From Blastocystis sp. Blastoise (taxonomy: Eukaryota; Protista; Bigyra: Opalinata), in NCBI GenBank assembly GCA_039096225.1, contig JBBPEB010000009.1, forward strand, positions 1,612,001-1,676,000: DNA of 64,000 nt, written 5' to 3'. A model generated the notes under the pieces. It was not told where the DNA came from. It made no database searches and worked only from the letters and a program-made list of their open reading frames with translations. How positions within the stretch are numbered: position 1 is the stretch's first letter; every line of letters starts with the position of its first letter. The position numbers and the translations under genes were made by a program. Below are positions 20,208-35,862 of this stretch, piece after piece.

Positions 20208-21449
20208 ATGTCTCATCGTAAGTTTGAAAGTAAGTTGATATTTATGATTTATAAGGATAGATTCTTAAAGCTAGAATAGAAAAGACTTATTTTTCCCAAT
20301 TTTATAAAGCCCCGTCACGGTAATCTTGGTTTCGCTCCTCGTAAGCGATGTGCTCACCACCGTGGTCACGTTAGAAGTTTCCCTAAGGATAACATCGAAG
20401 CTCAACCTCATCTTACTGCCTTTATGGGTTACAAGGCTGGTATGACCCACATTCTCCGTACTGTTGATCGTGCTGGTTGTAAGAGTCACAAGCAAGAAGT
20501 TGTTGAAGCCGTCACTGTCGTCGAATGTCCTCCTATGGTCGTTGTCGGTATTGTTGGTTACATTGAAACTCCTCGTGGTCTCCGTACTCTTTCTACTGTT
20601 TGGGCTGAACATCTTTCCAATGAAGTCAAGCGTAGATTCTATAAGAATTGGTGTGCTTCTAAGCAGAAGGCTTTCACTAAGTATGCTAAGGCTTTAGCTA
20701 CTGAAGAAGGTAAGCAAAGTATGGCTGCTAAGCTTGATAGAATGATTCATTATTGTTCTGTCATTCGTGTTATTGCTCATACTCAACTTAGTAAGCTTTC
20801 TCTTCGTCAAAAGAAGGCTCATATTATGGAAATCCAAGTTAATGGTGGTTCTATTGAAGCTAAGGTTAACTATGCTAAGGATCTTCTTGAAAAGGAAGTT
20901 AAGGTTTCTGAAATCTTTGAACAAGATGAAATGATCGATGTTATTGCCGTTACTAAGGGTCATGGTACTACTGGTGTCACTAAGAGATTTGGTACTAAGA
21001 GACTTCCTCGTAAGACTCATAGAGGTCTTCGTAAGGTCGCTTGTATTGGACCTTGGCATCCTAGCCGTGTTAACAGATCTGTTGCTCGTACTGGTCAATA
21101 TGGTTATTTCCATAGAACTGAAATTAACAAGAAGATTTATCGTATTGCTAATGGTTCTGATAAGACTAGTGCTTCCACTGAATCTGATTTAACCGAAAAG
21201 GCTATTACTCCCATGGGTGGTTTCCCTCATTATGGTGTTGTCAAGAACGATTTCGTCATGATCAAGGGTTGTTGTCCTGGTACTAAGAAGCGAGTCATTA
21301 CTCTTCGTAAATCTCTTATTCCTCATACTAAGAGAGCTCACCTTGAAAAGATCACTCTTTCTTTCATCGATACCTCCTCCAAATTCGGTCACGGTCGTTT
21401 CCAAACCTCCGTCGAAAAGGCTGCCTTCTATGGTGTCAAGAAGAACTAA
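20208..21449 (+). CDS. RPL3: 60S ribosomal protein uL3; 2 exons (non-canonical intron 20230-20307)
   Basis: [21 protein letters not shown], then [28 protein letters not shown] and [14 protein letters not shown]. Confidence 0.99.
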
Positions 21450-21616
21450 ACTATATAATTTTTCTATTATATTGTTTTTACAAGATAACTTGCTTAGACA
21501 TATTGAAAAGTTATTGTTTTGTTGTGATTTTTTTTTAAAGTATTTGTTTTTAATATATTTATAATTTGACAAAACAAATTATGGAAATAAAATATGTAAA
21601 CATTTTTTTTTTAAAT

Positions 21617-22518
21617 TTATAAACTATCTGTTATCCATGTAAAAACAGGAACTAATGTATTTCGTTTTATTACCGATGTTTTAAATACACGTAAAGGTCT
21701 GTACATATTGTTTATTGAATGAATATTTAATTGACTTAATACATCCTCAGGTGAAGGAGTATTCTAATATATATATAATTATTATATTTTTATATAATAA
21801 TATAAATATATAATAATAATAATAATAATAATAACATACATCACGGTCAATTTTATTCAAACAAATAGCAATAGGAATTGTGAGAAAAAGATCATTTTGA
21901 AATAAATAATCGAGTTCCTAAATATATATAAATATATATACTAATCCTATATAATGAAGAAGAATACTTCTCGAGCTTCTGCAAATCGTAAAGGATTACT
22001 GACATCAACAACATAAATAACTATATATATATATATATAATTATTCAACTATCATAATAAAATATATTCTAATATCTATATACTAGCATCACAATCATTT
22101 AAGTATGACACCATGCGTTTAAATGGCTAAATATAACTGAGTAACTTAATAAATAAAAATAATTACCTCTCTACTAGATAAATCAAATGTGTTTAATTCA
22201 ATTCCATTATATACAAATGTAGATTCTAATATCCTCTAGAATAAAATTCAGTTCAATTGTCTATATTGCCAATATATAAATAACATACGAGTGTCGGAAT
22301 CGTCTGTATCAACTGATTATACATAATCATGTGAATTATTGACGTTTTTCCACTATTATCCAAACCTATTATTTTATAGATCATCTTTACATATAATAAC
22401 TTGTCTTACCACAAACAACTAACTTTGCTTTCTTTTGATACATGCCAAGAAGTTGCAAAAAATAATTAAATCCATTAACAACAGCATTTCCAATATTAAC
22501 AAAGATAGAATCTATCAT
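21617..22518 (-). CDS. Divergent Sar1-like small GTPase; 7 exons; absent from the ORF track
   Basis: Joined exons: LLGMYQKKAKLVVCGLDNSGKTSIIHMI..TIPTL..TFDLSSRE..DAIIYVVDVSNPLRFAEAREELDYL..IPIAICLNKID..RPLRVFKTSVIKR..FTWITDSL*. All introns are GT-AG. Confidence 0.85.
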
Positions 22519-23448
22519 TCTTGAATAAAATAAACAAATATCAATGGTATAAAACTTAAAAACGTAAATTCGTTTTCAGATCATTTCAGCTATCCTTAAT
22601 TTTATTTTGTTTTCTCTATGAATTACTTAAAATATGAACATCAAATTGTCATAAATTAGATGAGAAGAAGTATAACTTAGCTTGTATACAAAAACTTTAA
22701 GTATGTTACTATGGTTGATTAGTTATTTTTTATAATCAGCATTATTTTAGTTAAAAGTAATCAATAGAAAAAATTGGAATTGGCGTAGACTGTAAAATTA
22801 AATAGAAATAGCTATTTTTTCATGTTTATAGTGTATTATTTAGAATACTGTTAAGAAGAAACTATTTAAGAATAATTGTTTAAATGAAGGCTATATTAAA
22901 GGCTTCAGAAATTGCATTCTTTTATTCCATTTCAAAAAAGCAAATGAATTTAATTCAAATAAAAGAAAGGGAAAAATGATTAAATGATGAAAACGAATGC
23001 ATCAATATGTTGTGTATCTATTAAAGTAACATTTTCTGGCCTATATCTTACAATCATAATTAAAATATTAAAAATGAAATTCACTTTTTGTTTAATGATA
23101 AGAGATTGAATTATTTTTCTATTTTAAATGTAGACAACAATTACATGCAATTTGATATTCCATATTAATAAAAATGACAATAAAATAAGTAAAGAGACGT
23201 GTGTAAACAATAAAAATGATGTAATTTGTTCAAGATTTGTAATTCCAATCAGAATATGGATGAATGATGAAGTATCCAATAAAACAGGCGATGGAATGTG
23301 TTTGATTGGTTGTTATAATTGCATCATCTTTTCTCCAATTCTTTTTCTTCTCTACGTCTTGGCTCCTGATAAAGAACGTCTTTCTTTTGTTTATGATTCA
23401 TTTACACTCATTTCAATTCATTATTTGATTTTAATAATTTATAGAATT

Positions 23449-24855
23449 ATGAAAATGATTGCTGAACTTATTGATCAATATTTCTGTGGCTGGTAAGTAA
23501 TATATTTATGTTTTGAGTTAATTATCATGTATTCTCTAGTGCCATTAACATTTTTAAAGTTGTTGGATGCATTTTAACTATTAAGTTCATCATTTATATT
23601 ATTCAATGTATGTAGTCTATAGTTTTTTTTAATGATTCATATTTTAGCTATCCTTTTCCATGTTTTACCTGGTAAAGATTTAAAGAGAGCTTATGGTGAT
23701 TGGGCTGTAGTTACTGGATCAACTGATGGTATTGGTTTAGGTAAGTCTTTAAATTCTAATTAGAATGGTCTATATATTTTATTTTTCATTAGGTTATGCC
23801 AAACGTCTAGCCAAGAGAGGATTAAATATTGTTTTAGTTGGTCGTTCTGAAGAAAAACTCGCTTCTTGCTCTCAAGAAATTATTGATAAATATCATGTAT
23901 ATATATATATATAGATACTATATACTATAAAAATATTTATGTTTATATATATATAGGTAGAAGTCAAGACAATTTGTGCTGATATGAGCGGTGATTATGA
24001 AGAATTAAAAGAACAATTTGAAAAAGAACTCTCTTCTTTCCCTACTGCTATTTTAGTTAATAATGTTGGTATATCCTATGATCACGCTATGTATCTCACA
24101 GAATTACCTGAAGACCGTTATCAAATGTTAATTAAATTAAACGTTGAAATGACTACACTTATCACAAGAATTGTTCTTCCTGGAATGGTATATATATTAT
24201 TATGTTTATTATATATATATATTATGTTTATTATATATATATATTATGTTTATTATGTATATATATATACATATATTTATAGATTGAAAGACATCGTGGT
24301 GCTATTATAAATGTTAGTTCTGCTGCTGGATACTTATATATAGGTGATCCTTTATATACTATTTATTCTGCAACTAAGGCTTATGTTGATTTCTTCTCTC
24401 GTTCTCTTTCTCTTGAAGTAAAATCAAAAGGAATTGATGTTCAATGTCATATTCCTTATTTTGTCCCCTCCAAATTATCTAAAATCAGAAACTCTTCTCT
24501 GTTTTGTCCCAGCGCTAACACATTTGCTGAAGCTGCTGTTAATAAAATTGGTATTCATCTATTATTATTATTACATTATAAATATACTTAATATTCAAAC
24601 TCTATATATATATCTATATAGGTAAAAATGCTATTACAGTTGTTCCTTATTGGTGTCATGCTCTTCAAAACTGGATTTTCAATTCAATTCCTACTCCTCT
24701 TCTTAATATGGTATATATATGAATAGTTCATCTATTTTTTATATTAATATATATAATATTTATTATACATCAATATATATATATAGATTATTTTAAGCCA
24801 TCATAAAAGTATCAGAACAAGAGCTTTAAAGAAAAAGCAAATGAAAAGAGATTAA
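23449..24855 (+). CDS. Very-long-chain 3-ketoacyl-CoA reductase / 17beta-HSD12-like SDR; 8 exons
   Basis: YGDWAVVTGSTDGIGLGYA, ILVNNVGISY and catalytic YSATK; N-terminal TM segment and basic C-terminus. Confidence 0.92.
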
Positions 24856-25500
24856 AACTAAATAAATGTGTTTTATGTTTATTATTAATTTAAAATATCG
24901 TACCTCTATATATAAATACTAAATAGCTTTTGAATTTAAAAAAAAATAGTTTGTTTTATTTTTTTCAAACGGATTAAAAAACATTAGTAAATGAATTATA
25001 AGTAACGAAACAAATCAATATGATATTATAAAATCAAGTAATTACATAAGGATTACTCATAAACGAAAAGAATTACAATATAAAATTGTCTATTACACTT
25101 CCAATTATTGGATAATAAAAGCATTGAATTATATGGTAATAAAATCCTATGAAAAGAAATAGATGTGAAATACATAAGAAATAAAGAAGGATAACAATAA
25201 AAGAAACGATTCAAAAAAAAAAAGAGAGCAAAAAAACATAAAAAATAGTAACAGATAGAATTAAAAAAAAAGAAAGAAAATAATGGTATAGTTTTATTAT
25301 ATAGACATATTAATTGAATACTAATACAGCAATAAATAAATTTTATTTAAAAATATACAAGTATAAATAATTACAAAAGAATTATAACAAATAAACGTTT
25401 ATAGATAAAAAAACAACGAATTATTTTCTCAAATTGTTCCAAACTAAGTCTTATCTATTAAATATATATAAATATCTCTCTATTATTTTTGTATCTTAAT

Positions 25501-25826
25501 TTACTGATGAATTTGAGCGACGGCCTTTTTGGCGGCATCATCAAGATCATCGGCGGGAATAACCTTTAATCCACTATCCTTAATAATCTTCTTACCAATA
25601 GCAACATTAGTACCTTCTAATCTGACAACAAGAGGGATAGAAAGATTGGTTTCCTTAACAGCATCAACAATACCTTGAGCGACAACATCACAACGGACAA
25701 TACCACCGAAAATATTAACTAAAATAGCCTTGACGTGTTTATCAGCACGAAGAATATTAATAGCAGAAATAATTTATGTATATAGGTTATATATAAAGTG
25801 TATATAGAAAAGATGATTCATATATA

Positions 25827-25861
<35 letters not shown>

Positions 25862-27544
25862 TGATAATATATATATTTGATTCTTGTTAGCAGCACCACC
25901 GACATCAAGGAAGTTAGCGGGATTACCTCCATTAAGTTTAATGATATCCATGGTAGCCATAGCAAGACCAGCACCGTTGACCATACAACCGATATTACCA
26001 TCTAAACCAACGTAGTTCACACCAGCTTCAGAAGCAGCGACATCACGAGCATCTTCTTGAGACTATATATATATATAAGATAACTATGTAATCATTTAAC
26101 TAGATAATATATAAATATAGAAATTTCATTTTAATAATATAAAACATAATAAAACATTATTATAATAATAATACTAATAATATACTTTATCTCTTAAAGC
26201 GAAGATATCTTGTTGTCTGAATTTAGCATCTCCATCGAAGTTCAATTTAGCATCAACACAACATATATGTTCTTCGTGATTAGGATTCTCAATAACAGCA
26301 AGAGGGTTAATTTCAACCTATATATATATTCATAAAATAAAATAAATAAATAAATATAATAATGATAAATATGAAAATAAAATAATAAATATGATAAATA
26401 AAATAGGAAACATAAACATAAATAAACATAATAATAATATAATAATATAATAATGATAAATAAAATAAACATAATAATACATACCATAGTAGAATCAGCA
26501 CCAACAAATAAATTATATAATTTCTCCATATTTAATGCAGTTTCATCTAAGAGTTTTCCTTCAACGCCAAGGTTCTTAGCGAAGTTCTTTAATTGAACTT
26601 TATCGATACCAGTCTTCACATCAATAGGTAACTTGAAAATAGTCTCAGGTTTAGTCTTAGAAACTTCTTCAATATCAACACCACCATTAGGACTATATAT
26701 ATATATATATATATTGTTATTGTTAATAATTAATTTAATTTTAAAAAAACTTAAAATGAATAATAATAATAATAAGAATAATAAGAAGAATATATAAATA
26801 TATATATACGAAGCAATCATAACGGGTCCACCAATAGCACGATCTAATAAGATGGCGAAATAGAATTCCTTCTTAATAGGAAGAGCACCACAAACTAAGA
26901 CTTTTTCACATTGAATACCCTTAGCACCAGTTTGCTTAGTAAATAATTTATGACCAAGCATTTGTTCAGATAACTGAGCAACTTCTTTAGGGCTATATAT
27001 ATACATATATATAGAATAGTTATAAACAATTAACAATAAAATAAACAATAAAAAAACACAATAAAATAAACAATAAAAAAACACAATAAAATAAACAATA
27101 AAATAAACAATAAAATAAACAATAAAATAAACAATAAAATAAACAACAGTAAAATAATTTAATTTGAAAAATAAATTCTCAATAAAAAAAAATAAAAATA
27201 TATAAAAAAAATATAAAAATAATAACTTAGGTATTAGCAAGTTTGACACCACCTTGAAGACCAGAGTCAAAATGACCCTTACCACGGCCACCAGCTAAGA
27301 CTTGAGCTTTAACAACAAATTTAGCCTTAGGGAATTGCTTCCAAATACCAGTAGCTATTTCTTCAGCTCTAGTAGAAGAGAAGGCAACATCACCAGTTTG
27401 AGCAGTAGCACCATACTTGGCAATCAGTTCCTTAGATTGATATTCATGGAGATTTAAGAATCTTAAAGAGCCAACAGTCTTAGGAGCAATACGATTGATG
27501 GAATTAAGAGCTACAGATTTGCTAAGGAAACGACTAGCAAACAT
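25501..27544 (-). CDS. Succinyl-CoA ligase beta subunit, mitochondrial; 6 exons (two non-canonical introns)
   Basis: Presequence followed by [62 protein letters not shown] and VRLEGTN. Confidence 0.97.
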
Positions 27545-28955
27545 TGGATATGTCTAAAAGAGTATATACAAAAAAAGAATTGTTTTGTAAAAAAAAAAAT
27601 ATTTGTTGCCTTGAAAACAAACACTATTAGGTCCTATGAATGCACCCTAAATTCTTCCTATAAATATCCTAGAAATGGGTCTTTTCTTTACGAATACCAT
27701 CATATGTTCTTTTTTATAAATAGGGAAAAAGGAGAAACATCATATTGGTTCTTTCGACTTGTTCTTCTTATTCATTATTTGTAGTTATCTTCATTTTCAT
27801 TTACAAATCAATCTTTTTTTTCATTTAATGACAACCTAGCGTTAAAAATGAAGGATGACTTTTTTTTTATTTTCTTATTTTATACGATTTCTATCATATA
27901 TTTTAATTTTTTATAATTATATTTGTTTATTACGGTCTTTTGAATATTCATGAATGACACAGCAACTTTATTTCCCCATTCTCCATTCATAACTTTTTCT
28001 CTTTATCCTGTAAAAAAGAAGTAAACAGTTATTTTGAGCTCTGAAATTTTTAATGAAGAATCATTTAAATAAAGAAAAGAAAAATATGTAGTTGAATTAG
28101 AAATATTATCAATTCATAATCCAATGAACTTGCTTTTATAATATAATTGTGATACTTATGTTTGTGAAACTATTCGTTTGTAGTTTCATAACAAATTAAT
28201 TACTTGAAATATGAACTTCAGTTCTGAACAACTTTTTTTTATATAACTGGAGTATATAGAAGCTAAATTATATAATAATTTTTGATTTGTAGAAGAGTAT
28301 TAAACAATATTCTAATCATGGTATTCACAGTTTTTCACATTTATATGTCTTATTCAATTTTTATGTTTAGTAAATTTATGTGGATGTAAAACAATTACGA
28401 CTCATAATAAAAACATACATAAATGATAATAAAAAAATAGATAATTATCCAGAAATGTATATTTATCAATTGAGTATGTCTACTAGCACATATAGATGTT
28501 ATTACTTTTGTATTTGAGACACAAAAGAGTAAATGGCATTTCTCAATTTCACAATTAACTCTTTAAAATTATTTGTAAGTTCATAAAAGATCAATAAGAA
28601 ACCAAAATGTTGACAAATATGATTTTTCTAAAAATTATGGGTAACTCCAAAAACAGTGTTTGGTGTCGAAGAAAAATATAAGGGTTTTTTCTTTCATTTT
28701 TTGAAAAACATCTTTAAAATTATTACATTCGTTTACTCGTATATTATATATTCTACGATAATACAGTTGATGTATACTTGTCTTTAGTAAATGTTTTACT
28801 CTAAAAACAGAGGTCATTAAAGTGTGTTAAATTAATTTTTATTATAATAACATTGAATATATATTGTTAATTGAAGAAAACAGCAATTAATGAAAGCGAA
28901 AAGTTATAAAAATGAATAATAAGAATAAATGATAAAAATGTGATTAATAATTTCT

Positions 28956-31655
28956 TTACAGCGATTCATTACTTGTGGAATATGAGGTTTCTGTTTCTTG
29001 AGTATCTCGTTTGACAAAGAGGAATGTTAATATAGCTCCGATTAAACTTAGTAATGCGCAAATTTGTAGTAACTATGATAAAAAAGTATGTTTAAAATTA
29101 TTGTAGTAATATTACAAGTATAAAGACTTTATTGTGTAATGTGATAAAAAGCATACTTTGTAAATGCCGTATTGATTGAAGATCATAACAAATCCACCTG
29201 ACCCTAAAACTGCTCCTACCTTACCAAGTCCTGCAGATAATGCATAGAATGTTGTTCTTACTTGAGAAGGGTATGTTAAAGAGGGAAGAATAATACATGA
29301 TGTTCCTGGACCATAATTAGTAAAAAAGAAACAAAAGTAAAAACTATATATATATATAATAACGTATATTTAGAGTATCGTATTTAGAAAAAAAATATAA
29401 ATAATATAAATGAATGATATAAATATGATTATGATGATATATGCATTTTATATGATATTCTTTATTTATAGTATTAAAAAGGTTATAAAACCAATTATAG
29501 ACGTACTTGTTGATTAATAATATAGAGAAGTTTATAATAAATAATAATAAATAAAAATATTAAATATATACATGATTAAGATCAAGAGAGGATTAAATTT
29601 GTGTTCAATGGAGAATTGTGTGAATAGAAACACAAATACATTCATAAGAAATCCCTAGTATATAAGTATATATAATATTGATATTATTATTGTTCATGAA
29701 GATAAATAAGTGAATATATATATATATATATATATATATACTTGCAACATAAGACTGTATGGACCTTGTTTTTTAATCAATTTATAGGAGAAGAATTGAC
29801 CAATTGTTCCAAAAGTTCCCGCGATTATTGTAGAGAAAGCAGCATCTTTCGGTGTTCTTCCTAATTCAAAAACATAAGAAAGAATATGAGGAGCAATAAT
29901 AGTAGTACCATAAGACTATATATATATATATAGAATGGGAATAAGTATGTATAATAAGTAGATAAGATAAGAGAGAATATATAATATATATATACTACTA
30001 TATCATATATTAAATAAGTAAAACCAGTTCCAATGAGTAATTTGATATATTTTAATTTGCAAATATTCATTATATACTATATTCATAATAGTATATATAT
30101 ATATATGGATTCATAAAAAAGTGAATAGGAAGTGATATTCATATATATATATATTTAATAATAAAATATTATATATATATTAGAAAAAAAGTTTATAATA
30201 TAATAGATATGGATAAAAAGTGAATAATAAAAGTTATAGTATATATATATATATATACAACTTTAAGTGAATGTTTGTTTTTATTAATATTATGTAATAA
30301 ATAAGTAGTTGACTCGTGAAGAGGATGAAAGAAGGAATACAAGGGTGCTATTATAGGCAATACTATAGACGGAGAGGATAGAGGGAAGATTATCGACTCG
30401 ATAGTTAAGGAAAATATATATATTTAGGATCATGAATACATAAATAAATATATAAATAAATAACATAGATTAATTATTAAGTAATAGATAAAGAAATAAC
30501 ATATAAATAAACATAAAAAAATAAATAGATGATAATATATATATATATACGCATAGCTAGTCTCCATGCATAGGAATAAAGTGTAGTAGTAACACCAGGA
30601 AGTGAGAAGAATAGATAAAAACACGAAGGGCCAATTAGCTATAGACATAATAGTTTTAATGAAACTTGTTAATAATATATATAATAAATAATATATATAA
30701 ATAATATATATATTAAATAATATATATATTAAATATATAAATAATATTTATAATAAAGAATATATATATAATATAAATAATAAAGAATATTATATAATAT
30801 AAATAATAAGTAATACTATATAATATAAATAATAAGTAATACTATACCCATCCAAAAGATTGTAACAGTCCTAATAAAACTCCGTTCTTCTTCTTTTCAT
30901 GATGTTTGGATTCTGCGGTGAGAACCATCGTTAGCGGTAACATCCCGCCATTTCCGATGCCTGAAATTATCCGAAAAATGATGAAAACTTGGGGGGTTGT
31001 CAGATTCAAACAAGGAAATGCAAATGCACTATATATATATATATATATAATTATGATTATGATTATTTTATAAGGTATACAATAATATACTTATTATAAA
31101 CAATAGCAATAAGCTTTAAAAAACAAAAATAAAAAAACAATAAATAATAAATAAAATTAATAATTAATAAATATTATCAATAAATAATCAATACATAAAT
31201 TTAATAATTAATAAATAAAATCAATAATAATTAATACATAAAATCAATAATAATCAATAAATCATCTTATAAATTATATCTCTCTATTACCTTCCTAAAG
31301 TACCTATGAAAACAATAACCATACATATTCGAATACCTGTGACACGACCAAAACGATCTCCAATTATGCCAAATAATAATAGACCTATTAGAGAACCAAC
31401 AAAGATGGAAGAAGATAGCAAAGAACTTATCCACGTTTCTTCAGAATTATATAGAATTTCATGAATTCGAGTAACAATTGGAACGATACTAACGCAATAA
31501 CCATATAAAAAATTAGATAATTTGCAAATAATCATGTTTTCTTTTGTTTTTTCATCTTGAATCTCTGTATCATCGTTTGTATCAACGAGAACTATATCTT
31601 CTTGATCATCATCCAATTCTGTATAAATATTTTCATTTTGTTTTGAAGTAAACAT
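28956..31655 (-). CDS. MFS transporter, Pho84/PHT1 phosphate-transporter-like; 9 exons
   Basis: FGIIGDRFGR, FRIISGIGNGG, AWRL and NYGPGTSCIILPSLTYPSQVRTTFYALSAGLGKVGAVLG; multiple TM segments. Confidence 0.85.
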
Positions 31656-32131
31656 TGATTTTTTAAATGAAATATTAAAGATATCAAAGAGCTAACAGAG
31701 TATATATTAATAAAAGAACGTTTTAATAATTATTTATTTGGAAAACAATTTGTATTCCAAAATTTTTTTTTTCTTTCTTTTTTGGAATGAATATTTAGTA
31801 AACAGTCGATTTATTTTTGAATGAAGTGTTCACACATGTAAAGTAGCCATTTGTATCATAGAAAGAATGTTTAATATTGATAAAATACTTTTGTAGTGAT
31901 GTAATTTACAAATAACTAACTAAAACCAATATCAGCATACAGAGAAAATATCTTATTATCATTAGGATAGAAAAAAAAACAAATAAAATCTTGGTAAAGA
32001 TAAATGACACAAATAATACAATGTGCAACCGAGAAAAAAATATTTACAATAAAAAAAGCATACTGTATTTAGTTCAAATCAAAATAAATTATTGAATAAA
32101 GAATAAATCCAATTGAATATGGATAAATAGT

Positions 32132-33776
<1,645 letters not shown>

Positions 33777-33881
33777 CCTTGAAACTTTTTGAAGAAAAAC
33801 AAATATTTTTCTTATTAACGTCATTTATTAGATCGTTTTTATGAAATCTCTACTATATTAGAATTGATTAAAATTTATCGA

Positions 33882-33954
33882 TCCCATGTAGTCTAGCCGG
33901 TTAGGATAGCGGGTTTTCACCTCGCCGACCCGGGTTCGAGTCCCGGCATGGGAA
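33882..33954 (+). tRNA. tRNA-Glu (TTC)
   Basis: Acceptor TCCCATG/CATGGGA, anticodon arm GCGGG-TTTTCAC-CTCGC, GGTTCGAGTCC T-arm, followed by a T-run terminator. Confidence 0.96.
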
Positions 33955-34215
33955 TATTTTTCTTTTTCGTTCATGTTTTTAAAACAATTTTTTCTTTTTG
34001 ATACGATGTCATATAATTGAGATATAAAGATGAGAAATATTAGATTTCAATATTGACAATATTTCAGTAATGTAACAAAACAATCATAAGGATAAAAAGA
34101 CAAAAACTCGAAAAACATTTGAAATTATTTGACGATAGGACATAATGCATAAGATATTGAATACATAAATAAAAATATTCTTAGCAGTAACAAATACTAA
34201 AAGAAAAAAATCATT

Positions 34216-35862
34216 TTAAACATCATAAAAAAGTTGATCTTCATGAATTGCATTTAGTGGATGCTTAATGGGTCTTAAAGGATAAGGTGAAATACATTCT
34301 TTTAATTCTTCAATAGAAAACACCATCATTTCTTTTTCGTAAGGATATTTTCCATCAGTTACTAATGTATTATTCTTTGAATCGTTTGGAAGATGTTTCA
34401 TACAGTAGTATCTCTTTTTGTGTATGATATCAGGTTGATTTAGAGAAGCACAACGTTGAGCTCCTTCATGGACAAAAATAGCTGGACCTACAAAAGGAAC
34501 ACTAATTCTATACGCACGACCAATTGAATTATAACCGTTTTTGTCGTAATTAGCTGCACAATAAAAATAAGCATTATTAGCAAATTTAAATTTGATTGTG
34601 TGAGAGGCAATAGCATTAGGAAGAACTCTTTTGATTCCATATTGGTCATCACCATAATTCTGTTCATCAAATTGAGCAAGAAGCATATTTCTGAATAGAT
34701 GAACAGTTCTGTAATTATATCGATATAAGAGAGCATATGTAACACAAACATATTCATCCATTACACGATTAACGCAACTTAAATCAACATCACTTTTACG
34801 AAATTCATTCAATATTTTTGTTGCACCTCCTTCAACACACATATAAGCAGAACTATCAATAGATAAGGTATATTTAAATGGAGACATCATTAATAACATT
34901 GTTTTCGTGTAGAATTGTTTCATTGGCCCATTTTGAGTCATTCGTTTCCCATTTTGAAGAATAAAATTATCAGGAATTTTTCGTATTTCTAAACGATCAG
35001 GAATTCTTTCATCAGGAATAATATTAGTAAAAAGGCAAACGTGAATCTATATGAGTATCAACTTTTATAGAACAATAGAATATAAATGAAAAAATTCTTT
35101 AAAAAAATGTGATTATGAATAAAATTAAAAAAGAAGATGAATAGAATAGAATAAGCATAGATTAAAATTAAATTTAAAAATAGATTAACAGAAGATATAA
35201 CTAGCCTAAATATTATATTAAAAATAGAATAACAAAAATAAAGTACAAAAAAGATTATCTACCCATTAATAGATTGACTTTTATAATTATGAAAAATAAG
35301 AGAAATACAGATATATACTAATTAAATAATATATATATATACATCTTTATCTCTTTTAATATATGATTTTGCAATACTAAATGCTTCTTTAAAGTAGTTT
35401 CTAGCTGTTTGATTATCTAATGAATATGACATTAGAACAATTCCTTGACCTCTCTTTTTCCTTTGATCGAATGGATGATACACGAAATTACGATCTTCTT
35501 GTTGGTAATAATTTGGTTCTTTCTCAACCTAAAGGAAAATGAAAAAATAAAGCAATAAGCAGAATATCAAGACCATAAATATAATTGTTAAAATACATAT
35601 CTATTGTTTATATACATCTAAACTGATGTCATTAGTCATTTTTGAATCAGCATTTGGCCTAAAAGAATTATATCAAGTATATAAATAAATCACTTATATA
35701 TATGACTTACAGTATCTCATTTTGGGAAACTATAGAGAAAGGAGATCCGAGTAATTGTTGTTTTATTGATAATTCTCGAAAACAAAACCAAATAAAAATA
35801 ACATTGAGTACTAATAAAATGTACAAACAACAGTGGTAATGTGTACGACTTGGTCTCATCAT
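34216..35862 (-). CDS. Type II membrane protein, putative GT-A fold glycosyltransferase; 4 exons
   Basis: Short cytosolic N-terminus plus TM (CCLYILLVLNVIFIWFCF); YTKTMLLMMSPFKYTLSIDS (SP(F/Y)..TL..DxD-like); DDQ motif. Confidence 0.6.

Noticed and set aside
20271-21572. Antisense and alternate-frame ORFs over RPL3
   Set aside because: They are shadows of strong codon bias in a highly expressed gene.
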